DNA of 64,000 nucleotides from Ministeria vibrans ATCC 50519 (Eukaryota; Protista; Filasterea): positions 23,777 to 87,776 of the forward strand of contig CALSCP010001993.1 of assembly GCA_943704425.1 (NCBI GenBank). The letters are read 5' to 3'. The translations under genes were made by a program, and so were the position numbers. This document shows, in pieces, positions 12,348 to 25,393 of this stretch (its first letter is position 1; the number at the start of each line of letters is the position of its first letter). The notes under the pieces are model-generated. The model worked only from the letters and a program-made list of their open reading frames with translations. It was not told the DNA's origin and searched no databases.

Positions 12348-12789
12348 GGGGATTAATAATAATAAGGGATAGAGAGATCTAGAGATGAGAGAGGGAGCGA
12401 TTCGGGAGAGAAGCAAATTAACCAAAATTATTATTCTGATCCCGTCTTAACAATAATGTGTCCCTATTTCCACTCTAGTCAACTCGCAGATGCGTTTGAG
12501 AAGTTTTTACAGGGAGCGCAGTCGACCAAACAGGACATTCGGGCGTGTTTTGAGTCCAACCAGAAAGTGCCAAGAGGTAATGTTGAAAACTATGACTTGT
12601 CAATCACCGTCACCCACTAAATTCAATGTTCCTTTTTCTCCCCCTGTAATTTACTTAGACGATATGAAGCATCTCAAGGCTCGATTTGAAGAACACAAAG
12701 CTCTTGTATCACAGGTTGAGAAGTTGATGGTCAGAGGTCTCACTGAGCTCAGAGATGAAATTAGCGAACTGGCAAAAATTAAAAATTGA
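11698..12789 (+). CDS. C-terminal fragment of a kinesin-3-like (KIF28/KLP-6-type) protein: end of a C2-like domain plus coiled coil; 5' part absent
   Basis: The exon after the acceptor at 11697 reads DKDRQSTKVCSGSTNPEFKFRKQFTVDPCTEGFLGYLQSNALVVEVWGKQ|gtaagc, which resembles the TxNPxF...FLxYL...VEVWGxQ end of KLP-6/KIF28 C2 domains. In-frame exons follow (about 11931-12256, 12479-12576, 12659-12789) and encode coiled coil. Confidence 0.6.
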
Positions 12790-12914
12790 ACACACGTCTT
12801 TATTTGGCACTCTCTATCTGTTTAAACCTATAATAATTCTTTTTAACACTATCGGATCTTTTAAAGTGAGTCACATTCAATAATCCAAACAAATACACAC
12901 TCGTGTAATCAAAC

Positions 12915-14382
12915 TCACTGCATTCGACAGTTCTCCTGGTCCTCCCCCTCATCATCAAGAGCCGTCGTTGTGCGCATTCGCTTCACTCCCCCTATTCCGC
13001 CTGTGCTCTCCTTCTCTTTTGCTACATCTCCATCTTCTTCCCCAACGCATTCTCCCACGTGTCCTTCAAGACTCTTTCGCTTTCCACCACTATTCTCCTT
13101 CTCCGCCACACTCGCTGCTCTGAGCTCCAGCTCGGCCCTCTCATTGTGCCTTGCCGACACACATTCTTCTTCAAGTGTGTGTTCCTCCCTCTTTTCCATC
13201 TTGCGCTCCAACAAGTAATGTTCATCTTCACGTGAGAATGGCTTGGTATGCTCAGATGGCACCGGTGACGATGTGTGTGTGGGTACGTGCGTGTGTGGGT
13301 TTGTGCCTGCGCTGTCCTTCTTCTTCTCCTCGTGTCCCCTCAACTCCCCCCGCTTCACCATTTCCATGGCACTGTCAAGTTGTCCTTGAAATTGAACCTG
13401 AAGTGCTTCCTTTTCTTGCGCCACAATTTTCGCAGTCTAAAATCAACAAAATTGCACAAATAAAAACTTAGTATGCTTTTTTAAAATCGTTCCAAACTGA
13501 AATAGGTTTCGAACCTCAGCATGAGCTTGTTTTAGTTTCTCTATCAGCTCGCCATTTTGTTGCGTAAGATTCTTTTGCACTTCTCTGAGCACCTGCAAGT
13601 GTGAGGAATGTTAGCAGAGATATCAAATAAAAAGAGTACACAAACACATACCGCAATTTCGTCTCTCTGCTCACTCAGAGCTTCGAGCTGCTCCTCAGCA
13701 CGCTCGGCACGCTTGATTGCAGCCTGTAAAGCACCACTTGCCTCGTTTCTCTCGTCCGCTGCTCTCGTGTTGGCATCGTCCCGTGCGCGTTCCACTGATG
13801 CGCACTTGGCGCGCTCTTCCAGCACCAGCGCCTCCAGCTCGCCAACTCTGTCCATCAAGCTTGTCGCAGCCGCTTCAGCCGCCTGAATAGCCGGCACTAG
13901 CTCGCCGTACTTTTGCCTTTCGGCCTCGCGACTTGCCGTGAGGCGCTGTGCCTTCCCCTGCAGACGCACGACAAGAGCACCGCGTCAAAGCCACTCACGA
14001 CTCTCTCATCGTTTGCCCCCCCCTCTTCCCTACCTCGCACTCATTCAGCGCCTTTTTCAGCTCAGTCGTCTACAAAGTCACATCAAAAGTGTCATGTTAA
14101 TGCAAGCGGCAACTCTGCGCGTCGATCAGTGGTCTTTTAGACATGTCATAATTTCAAATACAAAAAATAAAATTCAAAACGTAAACGAACACAGATTGTG
14201 TACTCTCGCTGAAAGCCTGTCGATCGAGTCGGTCGCGTCGTCAAAGTCCATTTGAAGAATCTGCATGAAGTTGCAATGGGGTTGATGGGGGAGTCAAGAT
14301 CAGAACGAGTCGAGCGGGAGTGAGTGTTGCGCGTTTATACCTCGAGTTGCGCTTGAGCGCCACACTCACAAGAAGAGGTCAT
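12915..14382 (-). CDS. Coiled-coil protein (about 350 aa, 6 exons) ending in a CaaX-type motif (ENCRMQ)
   Basis: ATG at 14382 (MTSSCECGAQAQLE|gt). The hand-spliced exons are in frame with E/A/R-rich heptads. There are basic NLS-like patches (GKRKS, VKRMR) and the protein ends CRMQ-stop. Confidence 0.7.
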
Positions 14383-14574
14383 TTTGATCCAATGGGTTGG
14401 GAGTGCTTAGTGATATTGAGCTCGCGGAAGACAACTGAATTACTGAAATATCAAATAAGTATTAAGATTTAAGTAAAAATTCGATGTCGAATGAATAATG
14501 ATGAGCAACGAGAAAAAGGGACAAATCAAAAACTTGATTAGAAAGTTGAAATTATTATTTAATATTTATCATCC

Positions 14575-15787
14575 ATGGTTCGAACTCGCTCACAGCTTGG
14601 CGCTGAGTCATCGCTGAGTCAGGGCCATGGCCCGCCGTCGTCGCTGTCCGCCCCGGCGACGCGCAAACGACTCCCGCTTGCGAACAACATCTTCGGCGCG
14701 CTTCTCGTCGTCCTCGTGCCTCTCCCTGCCATCTATTTCATGCAAACGTTTACAAGCAAGTGTGCAGGCGAGATTGCCAGTGCGGCGACGGCTGCCGAGG
14801 TCGCCACAGCGGACATTTTCACATGGGACTTTTGGTCGGGCGACGCCACCCTTCTGCGCTGCAACTGGGCCCTCCAGCACCCCTTCTGGCTTCTCAACGC
14901 CATCTACATGCTCAACGTCAATGTCCTCTTTTGGATCATAAGGTAGCGCCCCGCCCCGCACGCCCCTCTCAAGCCTGAAGGTGTTTGTGCCGCTGTGTAG
15001 TGTCTTTCAGAATTCCTGCTGGCTCATTGATCCGTACTGGACGCTGATCCCCGTTCTCGTGGGCCACTACTACGGGGTGCATCCATTGGCACATGGCGAT
15101 GCGACGCGCACCGCCGTCATGCTGGTGCTAGTGTATGTCTGGTCAGTGCGTCTCACCTACTCCTACTTTCGCCGAGAAGAATGGCAGTTTGGCGCATACG
15201 AAGACTGGCGCTTCACCGATTACCGCCGCCAATACGGATCACTCTGGCGTTACTGTCTCTCCTTTTTCATCTGCTACGTTTCACAACAACCCATGCTCAT
15301 TGGTATCACCACACCCTTCTTTGCTGTGCACTTCCCCGCCGAGACCACACCGGTGCCCTTCAAGGCACTCGACGTACTCGCCGCTTGCTTGGCCCTTGGT
15401 GGCGTTGTCATTGCTCACGTGGCCGACACGCAATTGCGCGAGTTTATGGTGCGCAACGAAAAGCTTAAACTGGAGGGGCGCGCAAAGATCCCCGTGCTCA
15501 AGACGGGTCTGTGGCGTCTGTCGCGTCATCCCAACTACTTTGGCGAGCAGCTTTGGTGGTGGGCCTTTGCGCTGTTCGCCTGGGACTCGGGCTACTTTGC
15601 GCTTGTGTGTCTGGGTCCGTTTATCAACTCACTGGTCCTTGCTTACGTCACAGTGCTCACTGAGCAACGCATCATCGAGCGTGCGCCCGCCAGACGAACT
15701 CTCTACCAACAGTACCAACGTGAGACGTCGGTGCTCATTCCCTGGCCACCCTCCTCATCTCGTCTGGTGCACGACAAAGACAAATAA
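14575..15787 (+). CDS. DUF1295-family multi-pass membrane protein (steroid 5-alpha-reductase/ICMT-like superfamily)
   Basis: Two exons (14575-14942 and 15001-15787). Motifs IDPYWT, WSVRLT, EDWRF, ADTQL, GLWRLSRHPNYFGE and YQRETSVLIPW. Confidence 0.85.
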
Positions 15788-16421
15788 AATTCTCTCCGTT
15801 TGATCTTTGGGTTCTCAGTCAACTGATCTAATTTCTAAGTGAGTCAGTGAGAGAGTAGAGACACGCTTTCTTTTGGAGATTCAGAGAAAGTGGTTAAAAT
15901 CCGAAGATCAAACTCACAAATATTTTTATATCCACGCTGTGCCTTATCTTTCCTACCCCATCATACCAATCAACGCGCCAACGTAACGCCCATCGAACAC
16001 ACTGCGCACTGCACGTAAGATTTGCGTTGAAGCTTTAGCGACTAACTCATCTCTGGCTGTCATTAAAAATCAAATTAATTTCAAACTGTCTTCCCTTTGC
16101 ACAACTTCGGAATTGTACTTGCTACGTCACAAAACTCACAACATCCACTCTTGACAGTATACGCAGCTACATACTTCGATCAACCACTTTCGGGCTATCG
16201 AAATTGTTGTGAGTGATTTCTCAAAAAAAAAAAAAACGACTCTTCGCATTCTTTGTTGTCGACCGCGCTAGGTCGTCTAACCCTTCCAGCGTGCCCTAAA
16301 ACACACGTTCACAACCTGCGAGTGGATAGGCCTGTTTGTCAGTTTTTTTTTTTTTTTTTTTTGTGTTTGTCATTGGCTGATTTTTTTTTCTTCTTTTTTT
16401 CTACGTTTGACAGGAATTGAC

Positions 16422-17331
16422 ATGAATGTGGACGCGCTGTCGTTTCATGCCGACGGAGACGCCGCAGCGTACCACATGGTAGACGATGAAACGATGGCTG
16501 CGGCTGCGGCTGCGGAGCGGAAAGCGAGGCAAATCGAGCAGCAGCATCAAGTGAACATGAACGCCAATGGGCGGCAGAGGGTCAGCGGCCTGTACAAGAC
16601 GGAGCTGTGCCACTCGTGGGAGGAGACCAGCGCATGCAAGTACAAGGACAAGTGCCAGTTTGCGCATGGCCACGACGAGCTGCGCCGCGTCTCACGCCAC
16701 CCCAAGTACAAGACGCAGCTGTGTCGGACGTTCCACACGACCGGCCAGTGTCCCTATGGCCAGCGCTGCCACTTTGTGCACACCCTCGAAGAACTGCGCC
16801 CCTCCTCCGACTCCAGCGTTAACGATGCCGCCGACGACCTCAACCGTGCCCCAAGCGCCGGCGAGCCTGTGTCGACGTCACCCGAGCGAGCGTCGTCGAC
16901 TTCGTTGCCACCGGCCGGGTCGATGTCTCCTTCGCACGCTTCGGCAGTTGATCGCCCCAGTACGGCTGTCACTCACGCCATGGCTGGTGCAATGGCCACG
17001 GCTGCCGCTGCCGCTACTAGTACCACCGCTGCTCAGCAGAAGGGTCACTCGATGCGTCGTCGTTCCACCTCCACACCGCCCGTCACTTTTCCTTTTCCCG
17101 ACTTCACCTCCTCAGTTGCCATCACTCCTCCCAGTCTTTTTGCCGCTGCCGCAGCCGCCTCCAACTTTTACGGCAGTCATTCACCCCATGAAGTCTATCA
17201 GCTACTACTCGCTCAGGCTCAACAGCAACAAAAGCACCACCACCAGGCGGCACTCGCAGCAGTCGTCGCCCACCAGCAGCAGCAGCAGTTTCACATGCAG
17301 CGACACCAGGGCCAACAACAACAGCAGCAGC

Positions 17332-17422
<91 letters not shown>

Positions 17423-17462
17423 GCAGCAGCAGCAGCAGCAGCAACATCATCATTACCATCAA

Positions 17463-17493
<31 letters not shown>

Positions 17494-18632
17494 CGCATCA
17501 TCATCATCATCATCCTCATAATGAGCAGCATCAGCATATGGCGACACCATCGGCACAACGTGCCTTTGCTGCCTTCCCACCCAATTCGCATGCCGACTGG
17601 TCTACCTCGTCCCATAGTAACGCTCACATGAACCCGAATCCTTCCCCCGAGTTTACTTTCGTCTCGAATTCGTCGTCCACCAATACGGCCACAGATCGAG
17701 ACACCGCCACGTGCAACTCTGGCTCGTCACGCCAATCACCAACTTACCCGACTGCACTCTATCCCTCGTCATTTGTCAGTGCTTCCTCTGTCTCCAGTAC
17801 TCCTGCAAGTCCCCTGGCCAGTTCATCCGACACACTGCAACAGCAGCAGCAACAGCACGATCAACAGGCTCCGTCGCCGTACAGTCATCACCATCACCAC
17901 CACGTGCATCAACAACGACAACAACATCAGCATCTTCCCGAACGACCCAGCTCGCAGACTGCCTGGCCATCCATATCATCGAGCGACGGTATCACTGCCT
18001 TGTTCACCGCCTACACGGGTCTCGCTCGGCCGTCCACTGCCAGTCCTTCCTTGGCAACCACATCAACGTCGACACAACATGCCGACGCGGGCGACGTTCC
18101 CTCCCCCTCATCGTTGCTTAATCACACGCTTGTCTCTGGCACCGGTCCGTCATCTCTCTTGCGAAGCGTCGATCAGCCCACATCCTTCAGCGCTGCCTCT
18201 TTTGACGAGGACGATGTTGACCAGGGGGACGACGCTCGCTTTGCCGTTGAAATAGCTACGTCGGTCATCCACGACCCGCACCACGACGCAGATCTTAACA
18301 GCGACACACACGTCGACGAGACGCTCTTCTCGTCGTCACCTCGCGGTTCCTCAGATACGACATCATCCAGCACGCACACTAGTCCGTCCGGCGCGTCCAC
18401 CATGTCATCCAACGCTCCTTCCCATTCCAACCCCATTCTTCCTCCTCAGGCACCTTCTTCCTCCTCTTCACTCCTTCCCTCATCCTCACACAACCCATTC
18501 CTCTGGGACTCCTTCAACGACACCACCGCATCTTCCGACGCATCTCCTCTGCTCTCACGCCTTCTCCCTCTTATCAAACGAGATCCGTCTTCAACGCACT
18601 GCGATACTCGCGACGGCTCTCTTTCCCCTTAG
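16422..18632 (+). CDS. ZFP36: Tristetraprolin/TIS11-family tandem CCCH zinc-finger mRNA-decay protein with polyQ
   Basis: LYKTELC-x8-C-x5-C-x3-H and KYKTQLC-x8-C-x5-C-x3-H fingers with the canonical spacer; single exon. Confidence 0.92.
17313..17444 (+). repeat. Coding (CAA/CAG)n repeat encoding 44 consecutive Gln
   Basis: 132 nt of uninterrupted CAA/CAG codons in frame with the ZFP36-like CDS. Confidence 0.95.
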
Positions 18633-18794
18633 TTCTTATCTATTTTATTTTAAATTATTATTATTATTATTATTTTCTAACTTATTATTTCAACGCAAAA
18701 ATATTTAATTATTTTCTTATTAAGAATAAAATATTTATTTTTTGCGAACATGAGGTTATTTTAACATTTTTTTTCAAAACCAAAGAGAAGATAA

Positions 18795-21700
18795 TTACTG
18801 AGTCAGAGTCAGCGCAGACTCAAGCAATCGCTGGACAGTGCGCGGGCGCACAAGACGGCTGGCGAGGGCCTTGGACGCAACGAGGGAGACAGGAGAGGGC
18901 AGTAGAGCGCGCACTGAGTCGGAGTCCCACGCGTGCATGACATTGGCGACGGTTGCGCCAAAGACGGTCTTGGCGAGTCGCGCATGCAGCGTTGTATCGT
19001 CAAGCGTATGCTCTTCAATGTCCGCCGCGAGCGCATCCCATGCGTCCGCGTTGCACGCCACAGCGGCACTCCAGATGCCTTCGAGCAGTGTCGCCGTGGT
19101 GTCGTGAGCACGCGACGTCTGAGTGCGCGACAATACCTCAAGTGCCACAACAAAGTGCGCCCAGTCATTGCCCACTGATGTGTATGCACGCACAAGGTTG
19201 TCCGCAGATAGAGGTACCGTGCGCATCGCCGACGTGACGGCGGGAACGTCTGGCAAACGCTCCTGCGACTTGACCAGGTACAGCAGCGTGTCAATGTGAT
19301 CGATAGCCGATGCGACGTCACTGGTGTCCTCTTGGTCGCGCGTGCTGCTGAGCAGTGATAATTTCGCGATGGAGAGAAGTGTCTTCTTCTTGGCAAGCGA
19401 CGCACTCTCACGCGTTGCCTCGGCAACCAGAGTCGCATGAGCACCGCCATACGCACCGCGTTGCAAATCGTGAAGCCAAGCGAGCGAAGGATGGGCACGT
19501 AAAAAGGCCGTGAGTGTGTCGTGGTGACGCGGCGGCTGCGAAAGAAGTTCGCGACGTCGATCGTGTGCCAGGTACCAGCGAAAGAGAAACTCGGCAAAGC
19601 CTTGCGCGGCAAACATGTCCATGTAGCTATCAAGGCGCACCGTGTCAACTCGGTCGGGCTCGCCGGTGCACAGTTGGACGAGCGTTGCAAAGTGGCGATA
19701 GCGCTCGGCGAGATCAAAGGCACGCTCGCGCTGGTGCACCATCTGCGCAAAGGGCGTAATGACGGTGGAGCACACCTCGCTGAACTGTTGGTGGAGTGCC
19801 GACGATGCACCAACTGACTCGTGCTGTTGCTGCCACGCAAGCTCCTCGTCAAAGCCAGCAAGGTAGAGGTCACCGAGTGTGTACAGTTGCTTGAGCAGTG
19901 CCGCATCGCCAGGGTGGGCACGCACTGCTGTCAGGGTGAGCGAGTGTTGCGCATCGAGAGTCTGCCGAACAGTAGCATTTGCAAGGAGCGAGGGAACGAC
20001 ACCCCGCGCCCCACCATGCGCGGATGTAATGTTCTCGTCGAGATGATACGTGGAGCGGTGGGCCGCAGAATAGCCTTGCGCGGCCGCCAACATAGCTGTG
20101 GTGGTACCGTTGAGAGCGCTGAGCAACTGCATGGGTCGATCCTGCGGCTGGTCGTGACGGTGCTGTTGTTGTTGCTGCAACTTGGCGAGGTGAGCGTGCT
20201 CGACAAGCAGCGCCGACACAAGTGACTCGATGCGCGATACTTCGCGGTAGAAGACGTCCTGGGCGCCAAGACCGGTGCCCATCCAGCGATTGGGGGCAAT
20301 GTGACGGGTCTCGAGACAGCGACGCATCGCACCTTCGAGCAGCACGCGTGTAGTGTCGTCGTGTGCCAAGGTGCTCTGGTACTCGCGCAGCGCCAGTGCC
20401 ACGGCCAACTGCTGTGCATGCACACAGAGACGGGCGCGCGCCGACGCGTCAAGGACGGGCCACAAGGCGAGCGTGTCAACGAGCTCAAGAAGAACCTGAT
20501 GGCGACGGTGCTTGACCTGCAACTGACGCATTAGAATAACCGAGGCAACATCCGACGTGCCCAGCGACTGATCGACCATGGCCGCGTGCATGGGACCGAA
20601 AAGACCGCTTTCAGCCCAGCGAGGATCAGCGCCAGGGAACGCATCGAGCACGCAAAAGGAGCTCAGGTGGACAATGGCAGAGGACACGTCGGTGGCAGGT
20701 GTCGCTTGCAACAGTTGAGTGACGGTGTGACCTGCACGAGTGTCACCATTGCAACGTGCTGTGAATGCCGCCACAAGCTGCTGTTCGCGTTGCTCGCGTG
20801 CATCCAACGATGCCGCTGTGGTTGTTGTCGTGGCGCCTGCAGGGATCGCAGTTGTGGCAAGGGAAGTAGTAGTGGGAGGCGATGCAGGAGCAGGCGCCAC
20901 TGTGTCCTGGTCGAGATCGGGTTGAGAGACACGCACGACACCCATGCGGGCACTGACGGCAACAATCGATGACGATGACGACGACAACGACACTGTTGTG
21001 TTGCTGCTTGACGACAGGCCCAGCAGGGTGTCGTTAGCGCGCAGGGTGAGCATGTCGAGTGGAAGGTCGTCGGCTGCTGCTGCGACTGCGCTCATAATGA
21101 CCGAGTCGACGCTGTAGACAAAAGCAGCAAGACTGGAGTGAGCAAGACAGAGACGCCATCCAAGCAATTGGTCAAGATGAAGCGGGTCGTAGTCGGGCGA
21201 GTGAGCGAGGTTGGTGATGTCGCCGAGGACGAGTGCGCGTGAGGAGGCCGAGCCGTGGATGGGGGGCGCCGTTGCCCCACTGTGAGCCTGCACGAGCGAG
21301 TACACGACAATGGCATCGGGGGTGTCGACAATGGACGCGGCAAGCACGACAAGACCTGCACTGGGACTCCATTGCAGATCGAGCAGCCACACGGTGAGCT
21401 CGAGTGACTTGTTTTCCTCTTCCTCGAGCAGACGGTCCATTACGAGACGTCGCAAGTCACACTCGAGCACAAACTCGGCACTTGCCGCCTGACCACGCAT
21501 CGCCGGCGTAAATCCACCGCCACGCACGGCAACATCTTCGCGGGCGCCAGTCACATGCCACTTTTCCAGCTTATGCCCGTCGCGCAAGACAAACAGCTCG
21601 CGCACGTCCTGCTCATTCACGAGCGAGTGACCGAGCGCCGCCAACGGCATGCCGTGCGCACTGCCTCCATGTTCAAGAGGATTGCGGCCACCAGAAGGAG

Positions 21701-22484
21701 TCCTTGCACCGCCGCCCGAGCCAAAGACCGAGTCAAAGACGGAGGTGAGCATGGAACGGGGTCGTTCGAGGGGACGCACAAGCAGCCGACCGTCCGAGTA
21801 CATGATGGAAATGAGCGTGGCCGAGCCCGACGGAGACATAGCAATGAGGGTGTTGTTGACGCACAAGCTCAGCTGATGGACGCCTTCGCTGAGGGGCTCG
21901 TGGACGTGCGCGTCTTTCCACACGTCGGGCCAAAACGTCAAGCCTCCGCCGTGCTGTCCGCTTGCTGCCGCCAGCGCAGTGACGCCGTTCAATTCAACGG
22001 CGCAACACGCACGCGCATCGCAAGGAAGCCGCTCGGGCGCCAAAGGGATGTGTCGACAAGCAGGATTCTGTAACGAGAAAATAATTAAAAAAAAGTTGAG
22101 GTGTTTCAAAAAAAAAAAAAAAGAAGTATCATTCTCTTTTCCGTTTCATACTCTTGACGAAGAGGCTGTCAGCGACGACGGCGACAAGGACCAGACGTAG
22201 ATACCGGAGGAGGCAACGACCCAGGCGATGGAGGAGGCACAGGCGGCGCTCAGCGACGAGGCGGTGCGTTCGTCGACGAGCAGGTCGCGCACCGGCGACG
22301 GCAACGGGCCAATCTTGTCAATGCGATGGCGCGACGTGTGCTCCAGCACGACGGGCGCCGCCGACGCTCTCGTCACTGGTGTGGCAGCAGCCGGGGTCGT
22401 GGCGGTTGCTGCTGGGGCGTGGCGTGGCGTGAAAGGCGTGGTTGCCGATGGGCGTTGGGGCGTGCGCAGTTGCGAGGTGAACAT
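18795..22484 (-). CDS. NUP133: Nuclear pore complex protein Nup133
   Basis: Exons 22484-22152 and 22067-18795. Signatures LDAFPGADPRWAES, QDVFYREVSRI, LAERYRHFATLVQLC, LAWLHDL and KKTLLSIAKL. Confidence 0.92.
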
Positions 22485-22795
22485 GATACTCTCTCAAATC
22501 CCGACACAGCGTACACACTATATGACCGAGGCGTGATTTACAATTGTGGGGTTGGACTAAGAAATATCACAAAATTTTGATTTGAATTTTGATTTTTGAA
22601 AACTGAAAATTCACAACGTAACTCACGTAAGTCGCTCGTCAATTGACAGATTTGAATTTACTTTTTCTTCATTCATTTCAATCTAAAACTCTACTAAAGA
22701 CTATCAAAATTCATACTAGAATTATTATTATAAAAGGCGTAATAATTATTATTAATACGATTGTACTAGACCAACAGTTGCTTGCGTTTCATTTT

Positions 22796-24814
22796 TCAGT
22801 CCTTCTTGGACTTCTTATGCTTCTTCTTGGCAGCCTTGGCAGCAGCTTCGTCATCTTCGTCATCTTCGTCGTCGCTCGCCTTGCGCTTCTTGCTCTCCTT
22901 CTCCTTCTTGTCCTTCTTCTTCTTCTTCTTGTCCTTGGCACTGTCGAGCGTCGAGTCGGCGGCCGCATTGTACGTCGCACTTGTGTTGCTGTACGTCGTG
23001 GGCGCCACCGCCGCACCGCCCTTCTTGGCACGTCGCACCTGCTTGCCCTCCAGCTCTTGCACTCGCATCTCAACTGCCGCCCGTGACTCGCTTCCAATGT
23101 TCTCCTCAGCAGACTACGCAAGTTATCATCGTCAATAGGCACAATGGCAAACTAAAATTGGTCATGTGTTTGGCGTTACCTTCTCGCCAAGAGCATCGAC
23201 ACGCGCACAGAGACTGGTTTTGGCCGCAAGCACACGCGAGATCTTACCCTTGTGCTTCTGCGGTGCCTGACCGACCAACGTCGCGTGGTAGATGAGACCG
23301 TACTGAGAGGATCAAGACAGAGGTCTGTCTGTGTTTTGCGATGAAAAAAAAAAAAAAAAAAAAAAAAACGATAAGAGTAAGTACGATGATTGCGTGGTAT
23401 TTTCATGAACTACGTTACCTTGGGGGTGTCATGCTTGGTCTTGAGCGCGCGGAAAAGAGCCTTCTCGGCACCGAGAATCTGAACTGTCGACGCAGGGTGT
23501 TTGGCGAGGGAGAGCAGAGAGCCGGCGTGCGAAATGAGGCGCGCACCGACAATGTTACCGACCAGTGTCGTCACATTGGGCGCAATGGCCTGCATTCGGT
23601 TCTGGAGGAAAGCACAGTGTGTTGAGTAAGAGACACATCGATAAGGGAAGATGAAAAGGTTTACTTTGAGGTAATCGTGGAGTTGTTCGCGGTACTGTGC
23701 AATGTCGATGCACTGCTGCGCGAGCATCTTCACATTGCACACATCCTCATCAGAGACCTAATAGAACGCAAAGCCCCGCAAGGATCAGCTGCCATGCAAA
23801 ACACATCATGCATAAATATATGCATGCGCGTACCTCTGTGCCCATGCTCATGCGCGCTGCCTCAACCAGCTCTGTCAGCACTTCCTCCTCAAGCACTGTC
23901 GTCAGGTCCACTGCCTCAATGTTTGCCCGAGAGCCCATCAGAAGCACACACTATTACATGGACAAAAAAAAACCATATATAAGAACCGACATGGACATGC
24001 ACTCGCAAACTCGGGGTTACCTTTGCATACGCCAGGTTGTCCGTTACAATCTTTCCCATTTCGGGGAATCCCCAGCCGAACCACTCGCGCAGTCGCATAC
24101 TGTAGGTATTGAGCTCCTTGTCCAGATCGTCCAGCAACGAAATTGCCTGCACGATCATTGTATCAACCTTGTCGGGACTACAAAGCAAACGGGAAAAGAA
24201 TAAGAAAACGACACGTGTGTATCAAAGTGTGTGTACCTGAATTTGAGCTTATAGCGCGAGAGACTGTGAGACAGACCGAGCTGCATAGCATGCACCTCGC
24301 TGTCGGGAAGACCTGTATTAACAAAGAGGAGGAATGGGAGGGTGTGAGTGTACAATCGGAGATTGTTGCGGATGAGTAAAGGAGAGCGCATTAGAGCGGA
24401 CAATTAGTGCCTCAGTGGTAGTGACAAATAAGCTTATTTTCATCTGGGATTCTTTTTAAGAGAACCATTCAAATAAAACCTTTGATTTAATCCATCATAG
24501 ACACACGCGAGAAAGAAAGAGTTTGGGGACAAAAAAGAGGGTCGTTTTTTTTTTTTTTTTTTGACTCNNNNNNNNNNNNNNNNNNNNNNNNNNNNNNNNN
24601 NNNNNNNNNNNNNNNNNNNNNNNNNNNNNNNNNNNNNNNNNNNNNNNNNNNNNNNNNNNNNNNNNNNNNNNNNNNNNNNNNNNNNNNNNNNNNNNNNNNN
24701 NNNNNNNNNNNNNNNNNNNNNNNNNNNNNNNNNNNNNNNNNNNNNNNNNNNNNNNNNNNNNNNNNNNNNNNNNNNNNNNNNNNNNNNNNNNNNNNNNNNN
24801 NNNNNNNNNNNNNN

Positions 24815-24849
<35 letters not shown>

Positions 24850-25393
24850 AGAACTGTTGACACGAGTAAAACGAATCCAAGTGGGTTTGAGGGGCACACA
24901 GTCGGCGTACCATTTGTTCGTCCATTTTCCCCTCAGAAATGGCTGTGGACGCGGCCAGGGCGACGGTGGTGTCGTCGAATTTTGAGAATGCTTTCAACTT
25001 GAACCTACAAGAGCGATCGGGCGGGTGAGACGGTGCCGCAAGACAGCGCAGAGCGGTTTGAACAGCATAAAAGTAGAGTCGGCGGCCGAGAAGGAGCGGT
25101 ACACGCCCGATTGTGAGGACCTCGCGGACAACGACGTGCGCTTTTTTTTTTTTTTTTTGTGCGTTCCACGACGGCCCACGCGCAGCTGACGAGGCCAATC
25201 CGGACGGCAGACGCGCGAAAAACACACCAGCACGAGTGTGGGTCGTGTGCAGGGGTCGACGGGGGGTGGCTTACAGTTCGGAAGCGTCGGTGGGTGATGC
25301 GAACGACTTGAGCAGCGACGCCGGCGTGGTGATCTTGCTGTCCTTCACTTTGAAGAGCATGTAGCCCGAGGCGGACTCGAAAAGGAGCAGCAT
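22796..25393 (-). CDS. NOP58: Nucleolar protein 58 (box C/D snoRNP core); multi-exon and interrupted by an N gap
   Basis: [15 protein letters not shown] start; [40 protein letters not shown]; [32 protein letters not shown]; K/E/D-rich tail. Confidence 0.95.
24407..24504 (-). ncRNA. SNORD70: Intronic box C/D snoRNA, SNORD70-like 18S rRNA 2'-O-methylation guide
   Basis: Sense strand reads GUGUCU-AUGAUGG (box C) ... UUGA (D') ... AGAUGA (C'-like) ... UUAUUUGUCACUACCA-CUGA (box D)-GGCAC, with a terminal GUGUC/GGCAC stem. The guide is antisense to the conserved 18S segment GGUAGUGAC. It lies in a NOP58 intron on the host strand. Confidence 0.85.
24568..24814. other. Assembly gap (N run) inside NOP58, flanked by poly(T)/poly(A)
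   Basis: Directly visible; probably hides NOP58 exon(s). Smaller gaps lie at 32456-32465 and 38213-38219. Confidence 0.98.

Noticed and set aside
18633-18790. UAUUUAUU in the ZFP36-like 3' region as a self-regulatory AU-rich element
   Set aside because: All 3' intergenic regions here are similarly AT/TAA-rich, so a single site is not above background.
23775-23815. AUGAUG...CUGA in another NOP58 intron as a second C/D snoRNA
   Set aside because: The boxes span only about 25 nt, with no terminal stem or recognisable rRNA guide.
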